Source: an uncultured Gammaproteobacteria bacterium (lineage in GTDB: Bacteria > Pseudomonadota > Gammaproteobacteria > Ga0077536). Taken from it: a DNA stretch of 64,000 nucleotides. This document shows positions 1 through 9,753 of the stretch, piece by piece (the first letter of the stretch is position 1; the number at the start of each line of letters is the position of its first letter). Under the pieces are notes generated by a model. That model was not told the origin of the DNA. It did no database searches and saw nothing but the letters and a program-made list of their open reading frames with translations. The stretch is taken from contig CALKCL010000005.1 in NCBI GenBank assembly GCA_938082545.1, forward strand, positions 23,677-87,676. The letters are read 5' to 3'. The position numbers and the translations under genes were made by a program.

Positions 1-1856
1 TATGTCTTCCTAAGCTTTTCGGTTATTATTTTTTCGATAGCTTCTACCCGCTCGCGTACTCCCATAGATTGCAACGTAGTAAAGCTTTTCAGGGTGGCCC
101 AAAGTGCCGCTAATAATTCATGCACCACCATACCTTTCTCTGCGGGACTGGTCCCAAGCTGCATTTCGGGCAACCTAGTAGATCTGAGCCTATGCTTTGC
201 AAATGCACGAAATGCACATGCGGACTGATCGGCAAAAAATGTTACTCCTGCCTTGACAGGCTCAGCTATTGGTAGAGGAGGTCCCGAGATATCTTCTCGG
301 GACTCTAAATCCACGGCATTAATTTTCCAGCGGCTATGGCGAAAAGATTGACTATTATCTACCATAGCTTCTTCTAAAGTCGGGAAGAGAGCTGCCGGTG
401 ACAAACGTAAATCACCTTCCAAGTTAGTGAAACTAACATGGTGCTCTACAGCAAAGCAGCCAATCACGCCTTGACGGTCATGCATGTCTTTCACTGTGGC
501 TAGAGGATCAGTAAATGGCATTAGTGCCTTGCGTTGCAAATCTATAGGTAGCAAAGACGAAAATTTATTGCGGGAAGAAAAGGTCTCACTATCGGCTTTT
601 AATACCCAAACATGTGTGGGCTCGATTAGACAAGCTTCGGTTGCTGAAACCAAGAAAATACCATCTTTAGGAGGGATCGCACTTAGGCATTTTTTTTCGA
701 CTTTTTGTTTTAAGGCTTTATATAATTCAAGACGTCTTAAAGGTTTCGCCAAGGTGTCTAATTGAATAAGCTCATTACAGCAACTGCCGAAACTGTCGAA
801 TAGACGTTTTTCTAAGATCGTACTTACGTTTGTAGAGCCAATCTCCAGAACGCCTAAATATCGATCAATTATGACGAGCCACTCTGCAATTGATAACTTA
901 TGAGGGGCTTCAGTTATATTTAAAACGACGTATTCCAAAATCTTCAGCAATTCTGGGCATTCCCCAGATTGGCTTAGATTTTCAATCACCATCCGCAGAT
1001 CAATTTCGAACCGATTATCATTACGTAGATTTTCATCCAACAACACCCGTGCTTGGCACTCATCTGTAGCCCCTTTTAATCGTGGATGGCGAATAAACTC
1101 GCTCAGCACGTCCCAACGGGTGACAAGATTCAGATCAAGAGCTAATAATACAATGCGAATAGATGGGTAGATGGCTATCAAATCCCCTTCACCCAAATAG
1201 TAGCGCGGCTGCGCCTCAGTCAAAGTAGGCCCAAGAATGTTTTCACAGCAACGAGAAACTAGTTGCTTTGTATTTGCCGTTATCTCTAAAACTAATGCCA
1301 CGCGCGCATTTTCTGTTTGAGAAACGACTGAATCTGCCCAGGTCAAAGCTTCACAAAGCTCCAATTCTTGACTTTCAAAAACGTGCGGCACATAAATATC
1401 AGGACAGAACACCGCCTGGGGATTAGCCACTGATAGAGGCTCTCTAATCAATCTCGCGACTACCGGTGATGGCGAAAGAAATCCACTAGAAAGAAACGAG
1501 TTTGTTTTCATCGTAGAGCGATTTAAACCTGCTAGCACTCGAGCATGGTCAGTTGCCGATAAGTCACTACACAGCCTTTCATATACCCCACACCAACGCG
1601 AAAAAAGAATACTGTCCGGCGAAAATGACGCCTGATTAGTGCGAATATTTAAATTCCACGAATGCAAAATTAGCCATGCTTCACGAGCCAATACTGCAAG
1701 TTGAGAAATCGCGTCGACATCGTCTTCTGACACAATCAAAATCGCTTTTTTCCAGAGAAATAATTCCTGATTTGGAGTGAGGAGGAAGTGATCTCTGTTA
1801 GCACCTCCAAACATTTCCTGTTCATGCCACTGCGCAATAGCGTTTTGAAGACTCAT
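1..1856 (-). CDS. PD-(D/E)XK nuclease-family / AddB-like DNA repair protein, N-terminal ~618 codons; the 3' end runs off the left edge
   Basis: My own minus-strand translation is open from ATG 1856 (MSLQNAIAQWHEQE...) to position 1. An in-frame TAG at 1989-1991 closes the frame upstream, and no ATG/GTG/TTG lies between it and 1856. The track omits the ORF because it has no stop in the window. The family call rests on size, the motif QSACAFRAFAKHRL and general resemblance. Confidence 0.55.
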   Translation of the reverse strand, partial: MSLQNAIAQWHEQEMFGGANRDHFLLTPNQELFLWKKAILIVSEDDVDAISQLAVLAREAWLILHSWNLNIRTNQASFSPDSILFSRWCGVYERLCSDLSATDHARVLAGLNRSTMKTNSFLSSGFLSPSPVVARLIREPLSVANPQAVFCPDIYVPHVFESQELELCEALTWADSVVSQTENARVALVLEITANTKQLVSRCCENILGPTLTEAQPRYYLGEGDLIAIYPSIRIVLLALDLNLVTRWDVLSEFIRHPRLKGATDECQARVLLDENLRNDNRFEIDLRMVIENLSQSGECPELLKILEYVVLNITEAPHKLSIAEWLVIIDRYLGVLEIGSTNVSTILEKRLFDSFGSCCNELIQLDTLAKPLRRLELYKALKQKVEKKCLSAIPPKDGIFLVSATEACLIEPTHVWVLKADSETFSSRNKFSSLLPIDLQRKALMPFTDPLATVKDMHDRQGVIGCFAVEHHVSFTNLEGDLRLSPAALFPTLEEAMVDNSQSFRHSRWKINAVDLESREDISGPPLPIAEPVKAGVTFFADQSACAFRAFAKHRLRSTRLPEMQLGTSPAEKGMVVHELLAALWATLKSFTTLQSMGVRERVEAIEKIITEKLRKT

Positions 1857-2072
1857 AATGTGCGGAGATCGCCAAACAGAGTTAGAGTGCTGGGCGCGTT
1901 GACTAAGTGCAGCAGACAGAAGGCTTTGACAGCTGCCGTTTTCAACTAATATAGAGCTAGTCGTAACTGATAGGCTTTCGAATCGTTCTAAATGCAACTT
2001 TGTTACCTATAATTTTGGTCCTTTAAAATAGTTCAGCCATATATCAAAACCGCCTGTAAAGGAAAACAGTGA

Positions 2073-2516
2073 TTACTTTCTGGCTTCATGTTTGGCACGA
2101 ATGAACTCAGCTTGATCCATATGCAACAGATCCGATATTTTTCTTACGTAATATTCCTCGTATTTATCAACTCTCCCATCCGCATAGGCCACTTTCCATA
2201 GCAAAACTAAAAGCTGATACCGTTTTTCACGACTCAACTTTTCGTTAATAACTGAGGTGAAATCGTAAAGTGAGATGGAGTCTGTGACAGTTTTGTCAGC
2301 ATCCACCATTATGCCCTCAACTTCATCAGCGGTTAATGCGGTCACTTGTAAAACTGCGTTAATAATAGCTTTTGATTCGCTTTCATCCACCTCATTATCG
2401 GAGCGGGATATCTCTATCAATAGGGCTGCCAAAGATAATGCCAACTCTCTATCAAATGCCTCGGGAGTATCTTCTGCCTCGGTCTTTTTGAAAAAATTCT
2501 TTAAAATGTTCAACAT
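2073..2516 (-). CDS. TerB-family (tellurite-resistance-like) protein
   Basis: 147 aa. Two acidic helical repeats (DNEVDESESKAI..., YADGRVDKYEEYYVRKI) are typical of small TerB-like proteins. Confidence 0.55.
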   Translation of the reverse strand: MLNILKNFFKKTEAEDTPEAFDRELALSLAALLIEISRSDNEVDESESKAIINAVLQVTALTADEVEGIMVDADKTVTDSISLYDFTSVINEKLSREKRYQLLVLLWKVAYADGRVDKYEEYYVRKISDLLHMDQAEFIRAKHEARK

Positions 2517-2632
2517 AGCTCGTACCGCCTGATTTAATCACTGAAATAAAATAAGTTATGATGACTATCTTAAAGATTTTCAGCCTGGCTAGATAGCTCA
2601 ACAATTAATTTCTTACAACAGAGAACGCGTAA

Positions 2633-3361
2633 ATGGTACGAATTTTCATTCAAGCTCAACTAGCGGTCGGTATTGCGGTAGATCTTCCCATAGATAAAGC
2701 GCACCACGTTCGAAATGTACTCAGGCTTGAGCCAGGCTCTAAAGTAATCTTGTTTAATCAAGATGGTGAATCTTATGAGTCCTCTTTGACCAACGTCTCA
2801 CGGAGCATCGTGTCCGCGTTACCTAACAGCCGAGTCTTATCCAATGCCGAGTCACCAGTAATCACAACGCTAGTGCAAGGTATTTCAAGAGGAGACCGGA
2901 TGGATTACACCTTACAGAAAGCTGTTGAACTGGGAGTGAACCATATTGTCCCTGTTTATACCGCCAGAAGCACCGGTCGGCTTGATGCAAAAAGAAAAGT
3001 CCGCAAGTTAGAGCATTGGAAGGGTGTCGTGCAACATGCGACTGAACAGTCAGGTCGCAGCATGGTTCCAACAATCGATCCTATACAAGAACTCAAAGAA
3101 AACGTGATAGCGCTAGCCGGGTTAAATGCATATGTACTGGATCCGCTTAGTAAGACACCTCTTTCAAAACAAAAACCAAGTGGCAATAAGATTGCAATCA
3201 TCGCCGGACCCGAAGGGGGCTTCGATGGCAATGAGATTCATCAACTGTCGCAGCGATATGGCGCCGTGTCAGTATCGCTTGGCCCACGAATCTTGCGGAC
3301 AGAAACTGCTGCAGTATGCGCGTTGAGCGTCATACAGGCGCTCTGGGGAGACCTCGGCTAA
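2633..3361 (+). CDS. rsmE: 16S rRNA (uracil1498-N3)-methyltransferase RsmE
   Basis: 242 aa, with the C-terminal SPOUT motifs IAIIAGPEGGF and LGPRILRTETA. Confidence 0.85.
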   Translation: MVRIFIQAQLAVGIAVDLPIDKAHHVRNVLRLEPGSKVILFNQDGESYESSLTNVSRSIVSALPNSRVLSNAESPVITTLVQGISRGDRMDYTLQKAVELGVNHIVPVYTARSTGRLDAKRKVRKLEHWKGVVQHATEQSGRSMVPTIDPIQELKENVIALAGLNAYVLDPLSKTPLSKQKPSGNKIAIIAGPEGGFDGNEIHQLSQRYGAVSVSLGPRILRTETAAVCALSVIQALWGDLG

Positions 3362-3572
3362 TTAAATCAACCGTACAACCCTCATCATCCATTGTCGATA
3401 CGCCAAATTTTCACCTATACTACCTAACATACGGCAGTAATAATCCGACATTGCAACCCTTGAGCAAGCACTGTTTAAAGCTCACATCATCGGAAATACC
3501 GTCTGTGCTTTTTAAAAATATCAAGTTGCCGGACTGCGGTGAGACAAAGCTCAATTGATCTAGGTATTTGAA

Positions 3573-4976
3573 ATGAATGATAAATCAAGTATTCGTAAAC
3601 CATGGGGAGGACGTTTTAATAGTCCCACCGACGCTTTCGTTGAAAGCTTTACTGCGTCGGTGACTTTTGATCAGCGACTAGCCATGTGTGATATTCGCGG
3701 CTCGATTGCCCATGTCACGATGCTAAGTGAAACTGGAATCATTACCGAAGATGAGAAGAAGCTTATTGTTGATGGATTGGAAGCAATCAAAAGTACTATT
3801 AAAGCTGGCGACTTTACTTGGTCGATAGCTCTTGAAGATGTTCACATGAATATAGAGCATGCTCTTGTCAAGGCTATTGGAGAAGTTGGAAAAAAACTCC
3901 ACACTGCACGCTCAAGAAACGATCAGGTCGCCACAGATATTCGTCTTTATTTACGAGCGCAAACTGAAATCTTTCAGTCGCGTCTCCTAGAACTAATGAC
4001 AACACTCATCGAGCTCGCAGAACGAGAAGCCGCTACGCTAATGCCAGGCTATACTCACCTGCAAGCTGCTCAGCCGATTACATTTGGACACCATATGCTA
4101 GCGTGGTTCGAAATGTTAATTAGAGATTACTCTCGATTTTCGGATTGTAAAAAAAGACTCAACTCCCTACCGTTGGGCGCTGGAGCGTTGGCGGGGACAA
4201 CCTTTCCCATTAATCGCCAACGGGTCGCCGAACTCCTGAAGTTTGATACTGTAGCTGAAAACTCACTAGATGCCGTCAGTGACCGAGATTTTGCCTTAGA
4301 ATTCTCCTCTGTAGCATCTATATTAATGGTTCACTATTCTAGGATGGCTGAGGAGTTAGTGTTATGGAACTCACAGGCTTTCGCTTTTGTCGAAATAGAT
4401 GATGCCTTCTGTACAGGGTCTTCGATGATGCCACAGAAAAAAAACCCCGATGTCCCTGAGCTACTTAGAGGAAAATCTGGTCGCGTGGTAGGTAATCTGA
4501 TGGCCTTACTTACTTTAATGAAGTCGCAACCTCTTGCCTACAATAAAGACAATCAGGAGGACAAAGAACCAATTTTCGACACAATTGACACCATCAACGA
4601 CTGTACACGTGCGCTCACAGAGCTAATACCTTCGTTGAGAACCAAAAAAGATCGCATGAGGACGGCGGCGGCACATGGTTTCATCACCGCCACCGATTTG
4701 GCGGACCACCTTGTTCGACTAGGCCTGCCTTTTAGAGATGCCCATGAAGTGGTAGGGAAAGCCGTCAATTTAGCTCTTAGTAAGGACTGCCAGCTACATG
4801 AATTGTCTTTAGCTGAGTTTAAAACCTTTGATGAGCGTTTAGATGAAAGCGTCTATAACATTCTTAATATGGATAATGCTCTAGATAGTAGAAAACACTG
4901 GGGTGGAACTGCGCCATTGGCTGTGCGTGAGGCTTGCGCTCGGGCAAGAAATCGGCTGAAGGATCTCGACTACTAA
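3573..4976 (+). CDS. argH: argininosuccinate lyase
   Basis: 467 aa, with WGGRF near the N-terminus and the fumarate-lyase signature GSSMMPQKKNPD. Confidence 0.95.
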   Translation: MNDKSSIRKPWGGRFNSPTDAFVESFTASVTFDQRLAMCDIRGSIAHVTMLSETGIITEDEKKLIVDGLEAIKSTIKAGDFTWSIALEDVHMNIEHALVKAIGEVGKKLHTARSRNDQVATDIRLYLRAQTEIFQSRLLELMTTLIELAEREAATLMPGYTHLQAAQPITFGHHMLAWFEMLIRDYSRFSDCKKRLNSLPLGAGALAGTTFPINRQRVAELLKFDTVAENSLDAVSDRDFALEFSSVASILMVHYSRMAEELVLWNSQAFAFVEIDDAFCTGSSMMPQKKNPDVPELLRGKSGRVVGNLMALLTLMKSQPLAYNKDNQEDKEPIFDTIDTINDCTRALTELIPSLRTKKDRMRTAAAHGFITATDLADHLVRLGLPFRDAHEVVGKAVNLALSKDCQLHELSLAEFKTFDERLDESVYNILNMDNALDSRKHWGGTAPLAVREACARARNRLKDLDY

Positions 4977-4987
4977 GGGTTCCGCTA

Positions 4988-5797
4988 ATGACCAAAACAC
5001 GGCTCCTAAAGTTTTTAGCCAGTTTCATATTGATAGTCGTTTTTATCGGCTGCGCAGCTATGCTAGCTAACCCAAACAACTATAAAAACTTTATAATTGA
5101 CGTATTTAACAGGGAAACGGGATATCAGCTTCACTTAACTGGAGACATAGAGCTTTCGTGGTGGCCCAACATTACAGGCTTAATTAATAACATCTCTGTT
5201 GGCAACAGTTCTGATGATAAAACTTGGTTTACAGCTAAAAACCTGTCTGTCTCCATAGATTCCGCTCAACTAGTGAAAAACCATGGTGTACCTCATGTTG
5301 TTCAGCTTTCGGCTACTGATGGGGTATTAAACGGATTTGATGTTGTAGGTATTCTTAATGTTTTGGAGCGCATTATTGAGTGTAAGTGCCTTTTACCTAT
5401 TCCTTCTTCAGGGGAGACTCGGTTCGAGACTTTAACTGCCAAAGTTTTTATGCAAAACCAAGTCTATAGTAATCAAGACTTATACATCCAAGGATCAGGC
5501 TTCACTTTAACGGGCAAAGGAACCCTAGCCGATATCAAGAAATCTTCAGTCGATTATGACTTGATACTATATGTCGAGGCAAGATCAGAACTGTCTCAAT
5601 CGCAAAACAGCAACCTCGGAAATTATACAATTGCGATCCACTGTTATGGAGATCTATCAGGTCCTACATGTACACCAGACTTGAGTACCATAGTCGAACA
5701 AATCATCAAAAAAGACAGCAAAAAGAAACTCAAAAAGCTGGAGAAAAAAATAAAAAAAGAGGCCGAAAAATTTCTAAAGGGACTACTGCAGCTCTGA
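4988..5797 (+). CDS. short AsmA-family protein
   Basis: The track ORF starts at 4934 inside argH. The in-frame ATG at 4988 (MTKTRLLKFLASFILIVVFIG, signal/TM) follows the argH stop. AsmA-like N-terminal and C-terminal blocks are present, but the protein is only ~269 aa. Confidence 0.55.
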   Translation: MTKTRLLKFLASFILIVVFIGCAAMLANPNNYKNFIIDVFNRETGYQLHLTGDIELSWWPNITGLINNISVGNSSDDKTWFTAKNLSVSIDSAQLVKNHGVPHVVQLSATDGVLNGFDVVGILNVLERIIECKCLLPIPSSGETRFETLTAKVFMQNQVYSNQDLYIQGSGFTLTGKGTLADIKKSSVDYDLILYVEARSELSQSQNSNLGNYTIAIHCYGDLSGPTCTPDLSTIVEQIIKKDSKKKLKKLEKKIKKEAEKFLKGLLQL

Positions 5798-5798
5798 A

Positions 5799-6401
5799 AT
5801 GAAGAACACACTAAGTCTCTCCGGGCTATTCAGAAACACAGAGTTTATAGTCATTCTAATGGCGATCTCATTGGTCAGTGACGGTGCTCTGGCTACTCAA
5901 CAACCTGTTCTAAAGAGCTTTGAAGTGATCGACGGTGCCTATCTTTATAAATACTCTCAAGTGATCAACGCGCGCTCCAAGGATATTTACGCCGTACTTA
6001 GCGAACATAACAAAATATCTCAATTGAACCCAAATGTGCAAGCCAGCACTGTCATCAGTCGAGATGGCGACACATTGAAAAGACTACTCAGGATTAAACA
6101 GTGCATCTTTTTTTTCTGCTTCAAAATGAAATTAGTCGAGCATATCGTTGAAACCAAAAATGAAATAAAAAGTACTATTCTGCCTAAAGAAAGCGATTTC
6201 TCAGGAGGATTTTCACATTGGCAAATGGACAGTATCGGGCCAAAAAAAACTATACTTACTTTAAGCGCAAGGCAAAAGCCTAACTTCTGGATCCCACCAA
6301 TAATAGGTGCACCCATCATTCGATCTGTACTAAAAGAACAACTCGGAATAACTTTCAACTCGATCCGTTTAATAACCCAAAAGAAAGCGACAAAAAAATA
6401 A
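5799..6401 (+). CDS. hypothetical exported protein (possibly SRPBCC/START-like)
   Basis: 200 aa with an N-terminal hydrophobic segment. It is tightly packed between the asmA-like gene and mutY. The fold call is weak. Confidence 0.4.
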   Translation: MKNTLSLSGLFRNTEFIVILMAISLVSDGALATQQPVLKSFEVIDGAYLYKYSQVINARSKDIYAVLSEHNKISQLNPNVQASTVISRDGDTLKRLLRIKQCIFFFCFKMKLVEHIVETKNEIKSTILPKESDFSGGFSHWQMDSIGPKKTILTLSARQKPNFWIPPIIGAPIIRSVLKEQLGITFNSIRLITQKKATKK

Positions 6402-6404
6402 ACG

Positions 6405-7469
6405 ATGGACAAGCGGCTCTCTTTCTCGCAGAAATTAATCGACTGGCATGAAGTCTATGGTCGACATAACTTGCCATGGCAGTCTGACCAAACCGCTTAC
6501 CGTGTTTGGATTTCCGAAATTATGCTACAGCAAACTCAGGTAGCTACTGTAATTCCATATTTCAAGAAGTTTATCCTAAAATTTCCAACAATTAAGTCTC
6601 TTTCCTCGGCGGGGGAGGATGACGTTCTGAGACTTTGGACTGGACTGGGATACTACTCTCGAGCAAGAAATCTAATGAAAACCGCTAACCTCATTCAAAC
6701 GCTTCATGATGGAGAATTCCCGACAAACATTAATCTGTTGATTGCCTTACCTGGCATAGGGCGCTCGACTGCTGGTGCTATAATTTCTTTAGCTTTCGAG
6801 GCAAAGGCGGCAATCTTGGACGGCAATGTTAAACGTGTTCTAGCGCGTTATCATGGGATCCCAGGTTGGCCCGGACATGGGAAAATCGAGAAAAAATTCT
6901 GGGCTGTCGCCGAAGCCTCACTTCCTGATAAGAACTATCGTACTTATTCACAAAGCCTTATGGACCTTGGAGCTACTTTATGTACGCGTACCAAACCTGA
7001 GTGCATACGATGTCCTTTACGAAAAGGGTGTCACGCACTCAAACATGACGTGATCAGCGACCTTCCAGGGAAAAAACCTCGTCAAAACATTAAAAGACAA
7101 AATTTCTTTTTTATCATAATAATAAATCAATTAGGTGACATACTGCTGCAAAAGCAACCTGAAAAAGGTGTGTGGGGCGGGCTGTGGAGCTTTCCGAAGG
7201 CTACTGATAAGAAAGACTGTGATATTTTCCTCAACGATTTATTTTCGGTTAAGTGGCAACGAGTGAAGGAGATGGACTCCTTTCAACATCGCCTTACTCA
7301 TTTAGAATTCCGAATCACTCCTCTTTTGTTTAGCTCATCCGCAACGAGGAAAGAAACCGTGCTTCCAGATGACCTAACGTGGCACAAAATCGACAAAAAA
7401 ATGTCTGTAGGTCTACCTGCTCCTGTAAAACAGCTGATACTAGAAGTCGCAAAAGTGAATAGTAATTAA
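6405..7469 (+). CDS. mutY: A/G-specific adenine DNA glycosylase MutY
   Basis: 354 aa, with LPWQ..YRVWISEIMLQQTQV, an HhH-GPD region and the 4Fe-4S Cys cluster CTRTKPECIRCPLRKGC. Confidence 0.93.
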   Translation: MDKRLSFSQKLIDWHEVYGRHNLPWQSDQTAYRVWISEIMLQQTQVATVIPYFKKFILKFPTIKSLSSAGEDDVLRLWTGLGYYSRARNLMKTANLIQTLHDGEFPTNINLLIALPGIGRSTAGAIISLAFEAKAAILDGNVKRVLARYHGIPGWPGHGKIEKKFWAVAEASLPDKNYRTYSQSLMDLGATLCTRTKPECIRCPLRKGCHALKHDVISDLPGKKPRQNIKRQNFFFIIIINQLGDILLQKQPEKGVWGGLWSFPKATDKKDCDIFLNDLFSVKWQRVKEMDSFQHRLTHLEFRITPLLFSSSATRKETVLPDDLTWHKIDKKMSVGLPAPVKQLILEVAKVNSN

Positions 7470-7490
7470 GGAGCTGCTATCATAGGCGAT

Positions 7491-7757
7491 ATGAAGACAA
7501 TACAGTGCGTAAAATTAGACCGGGAAGGCGAAGCTCTATCGAGAGCGCCGTACCCTGGTGAATTGGGACAACGAATATTAGCTGGCGTCTGTAAAGAAGC
7601 ATGGCAGGGCTGGCTAGGCCATCAAACCATGCTGATCAATGAAAACCGATTGACGCCTATCGAGGCCAAAGATCGAAAGTTTTTAGAAACTGAAATGGAC
7701 AAATACTTCTTTGGGGAGGGATCAGAAGCCCCTAAAGACTTCATCCAACCCAAATAA
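7491..7757 (+). CDS. yggX: Fe(2+)-trafficking / oxidative damage protection protein YggX
   Basis: 88 aa with WLGHQTMLINENRL. It shows the conserved mutY-yggX adjacency. Confidence 0.88.
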   Translation: MKTIQCVKLDREGEALSRAPYPGELGQRILAGVCKEAWQGWLGHQTMLINENRLTPIEAKDRKFLETEMDKYFFGEGSEAPKDFIQPK

Positions 7758-7880
7758 AAAAAAGACACTAGATGAAGAATCTATATGAGTTCGAATTTCC
7801 AGGACCGTGGGTTGGTGTACTGACTGCCACAGAGCGTCTATAAGAAAGGAACGCTCTAAATTTAGTCGCTACTTCCTTAA

Positions 7881-8630
7881 TCAAAGTAGTAGTATCCAAA
7901 AACCTGCGACCATCATTAAGATCGCGGGTATTGCAGCAATATAACCAGAAAGAACCCGCTCGAAAAGCATAAAAAAGCATAATGCGCTCATCGTCAAAAG
8001 ACTCATCGTCCCGCCCGCAAACATTAATAACATCAGCATCCAACAGCAACCAACGCAATATAAGCCATGTCTAGCTCCCATTATGGAAGCACCCAACAAA
8101 CCATCACGCCAGTTCCCTATGAAAAACCCCAACGGGCTCTGACAGTGCCTGAGGCACATTTCCTTCATCGGGCTTAGTTGATAGAGTCCCGCAAGGATCA
8201 ACAATAGGCCGGCTAAAATAGCCTTTAAAGAAAAAGAGCCTGCCTGAAGATATCCCATTATATTCGCTAGGTACTGCAGACATGCCGCCATAAGGGCAAA
8301 TACAAACCAAACAAACAGATAACCGGAGAAAAAGAGTAAACTGGCCCGATTGATTCGAGTCCCCTTATACACCTGACGAAAAACTATCCCTGTTGGCAAA
8401 ACAACGGGGACCATCATGGCGATCATCATCACCACCCACATACTCGCTGTAACCGTGAGGTAAGTCGTCATATCTGCAGGGTGCATCATTACATGCATAA
8501 AGAATTTGTTGATGTCTAGCTCGCCGTCGCTCCACAATATTGAAGGCATCGTCATGATCCACCATGACACAGCAGTAACACTTATAAGGACAAACCACGT
8601 CAGTAGATTTTGAATACGATAAAGAAGCAT
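7881..8630 (-). CDS. DUF2182-type predicted metal-binding integral membrane protein
   Basis: 249 aa, polytopic, with the Met-rich helix MWVVMMIAMMVPVVLP. It is paired with a DUF1326-type gene upstream. Confidence 0.55.
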   Translation of the reverse strand: MLLYRIQNLLTWFVLISVTAVSWWIMTMPSILWSDGELDINKFFMHVMMHPADMTTYLTVTASMWVVMMIAMMVPVVLPTGIVFRQVYKGTRINRASLLFFSGYLFVWFVFALMAACLQYLANIMGYLQAGSFSLKAILAGLLLILAGLYQLSPMKEMCLRHCQSPLGFFIGNWRDGLLGASIMGARHGLYCVGCCWMLMLLMFAGGTMSLLTMSALCFFMLFERVLSGYIAAIPAILMMVAGFWILLL

Positions 8631-8644
8631 CCTATCGTCTCAAT

Positions 8645-9271
8645 TCAAACAACCTCTCCTGACCAGTCAAATGACGAGAAATGTCCATTAGTGCTCTTAG
8701 TGTTATCTTCCCAATGAATACCAAACGCGCTGATGACATTGCGTATCGCAGTTGCGAGGTTAAGACGCTTATTGACTGGATGAGAAGTGTTATCAATTGC
8801 AACACACTCGCCAGGGATAGAAAAGCTCTCAACACCCTCAATAGATTGGTCCAACAAGTCACCTATTTTCACACTGACATTATTCCCCTCCCTAACAAAC
8901 TCGATAGGGTGTCTTTCGACGCCACGAAAATCACTAATCATTGGAGCAAACATTCCGACTCCTTGATCTGCAGGAGTCTTACATAACGCAACTATTGCAT
9001 CTACTTGGGCATCAGATGCTGAGGAGTCAACGACCAGTCCGCTAATCCATCCGCCTTCGGACATTATAGCCTTCGACTCCGCAAACATAGTCCAGCGGAC
9101 CCCATTCAGTGACACGCCTGCGTAGGAGCCGACTGTCGTAGAGAAAGCTAACGCTACTTTACAAAAGTCGTATGTCGCAGCTGTAGTAGAGTTCTTCGGT
9201 ATGCAAGGACATAGAAAATCACAACTGCAGGCCTCCATATACTCCCCAGACATATTCCATTTTTGTGTCAT
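8645..9271 (-). CDS. DUF1326-type Cys-rich protein
   Basis: N-terminal YMEACSCDFLCPCIP motif. I prefer ATG 9271, which is preceded by GAGGGG, over the track's TTG at 9286. Confidence 0.6.
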   Translation of the reverse strand: MTQKWNMSGEYMEACSCDFLCPCIPKNSTTAATYDFCKVALAFSTTVGSYAGVSLNGVRWTMFAESKAIMSEGGWISGLVVDSSASDAQVDAIVALCKTPADQGVGMFAPMISDFRGVERHPIEFVREGNNVSVKIGDLLDQSIEGVESFSIPGECVAIDNTSHPVNKRLNLATAIRNVISAFGIHWEDNTKSTNGHFSSFDWSGEVV

Positions 9272-9522
9272 TTTATATCCCCTCAAATAAACGACATGAA
9301 TCGTCTATTAAACTACACGATAATTAAGCAACAAACAAAGCTCCACCAACAACTTGAATACTTGAGAGGCCACTCGGTAGCTCGAAATACACGACTAATA
9401 AAATATTTAGAACTATGAACACTAATGGCAGTCGTGTTAAAATATTGAAATCGAGAAGCTTAATCTGTTACGTGAAATTCATCGGCTAATCTGCTGGGGG
9501 AATTACACCAAAGCAATCGAAT

Positions 9523-9598
9523 GGCCTGGTAGCTCAGTCGGTAGAGCAGTGGACTGAAAATCCTCGTGTCGGTAGTTCGAATCTACCCCAGGCCACCA
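9523..9598 (+). tRNA. tRNA-Phe (GAA)
   Basis: The 76-nt cloverleaf was folded by hand: acceptor GGCCUGG/CCAGGCC, anticodon loop CUGAAAA, T-arm GGUAG-UUCGAAU-CUACC, encoded CCA. There is one U-U mismatch at 28:42 in the anticodon stem. Confidence 0.93.
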
Positions 9599-9600
9599 CT
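9542..9600 (+). repeat. 59-bp direct repeat, copy 1 (3' two-thirds of tRNA-Phe; attL-side)
   Basis: Identical at 58 of 59 positions to 13883..13941. Confidence 0.9.
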
Positions 9601-9753
9601 CTCTCTATCTAATCAATAACTTAGAAACTCTACCGACGGGTTTCGTCCACTGCGTTAGGCCGAAATGAGCCACCTGGCCTCACTTCTGACCTTCGTATGA
9701 CCTACATTTTTTCACCATGCATCGCGTTTACTTAATCTTATGAGGAACGCGAG

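Noticed and set aside
484-765. A 93-aa plus-strand ORF, and similar internal or antisense ORFs such as 2275..2532, 2862..3231, 8104..8986, 12001..13071, 37160..37819 and 43760..44205.
   Set aside because: They lie entirely inside much longer, family-recognisable genes on the opposite strand or in another frame. They are shadow ORFs.
1989-1998. A TTG at 1998 as an extended start for the left-edge minus-strand gene.
   Set aside because: A base-by-base recheck showed that TTG is out of frame. The true frame has TAG at 1989-1991 and no alternative start before ATG 1856.
7831-7857. The hairpin AGAGCGT-N13-ACGCTCT between yggX and the DUF2182 gene as a bidirectional terminator.
   Set aside because: It has a 13-nt loop, only a 7-bp stem and no T run, which is too weak to annotate.
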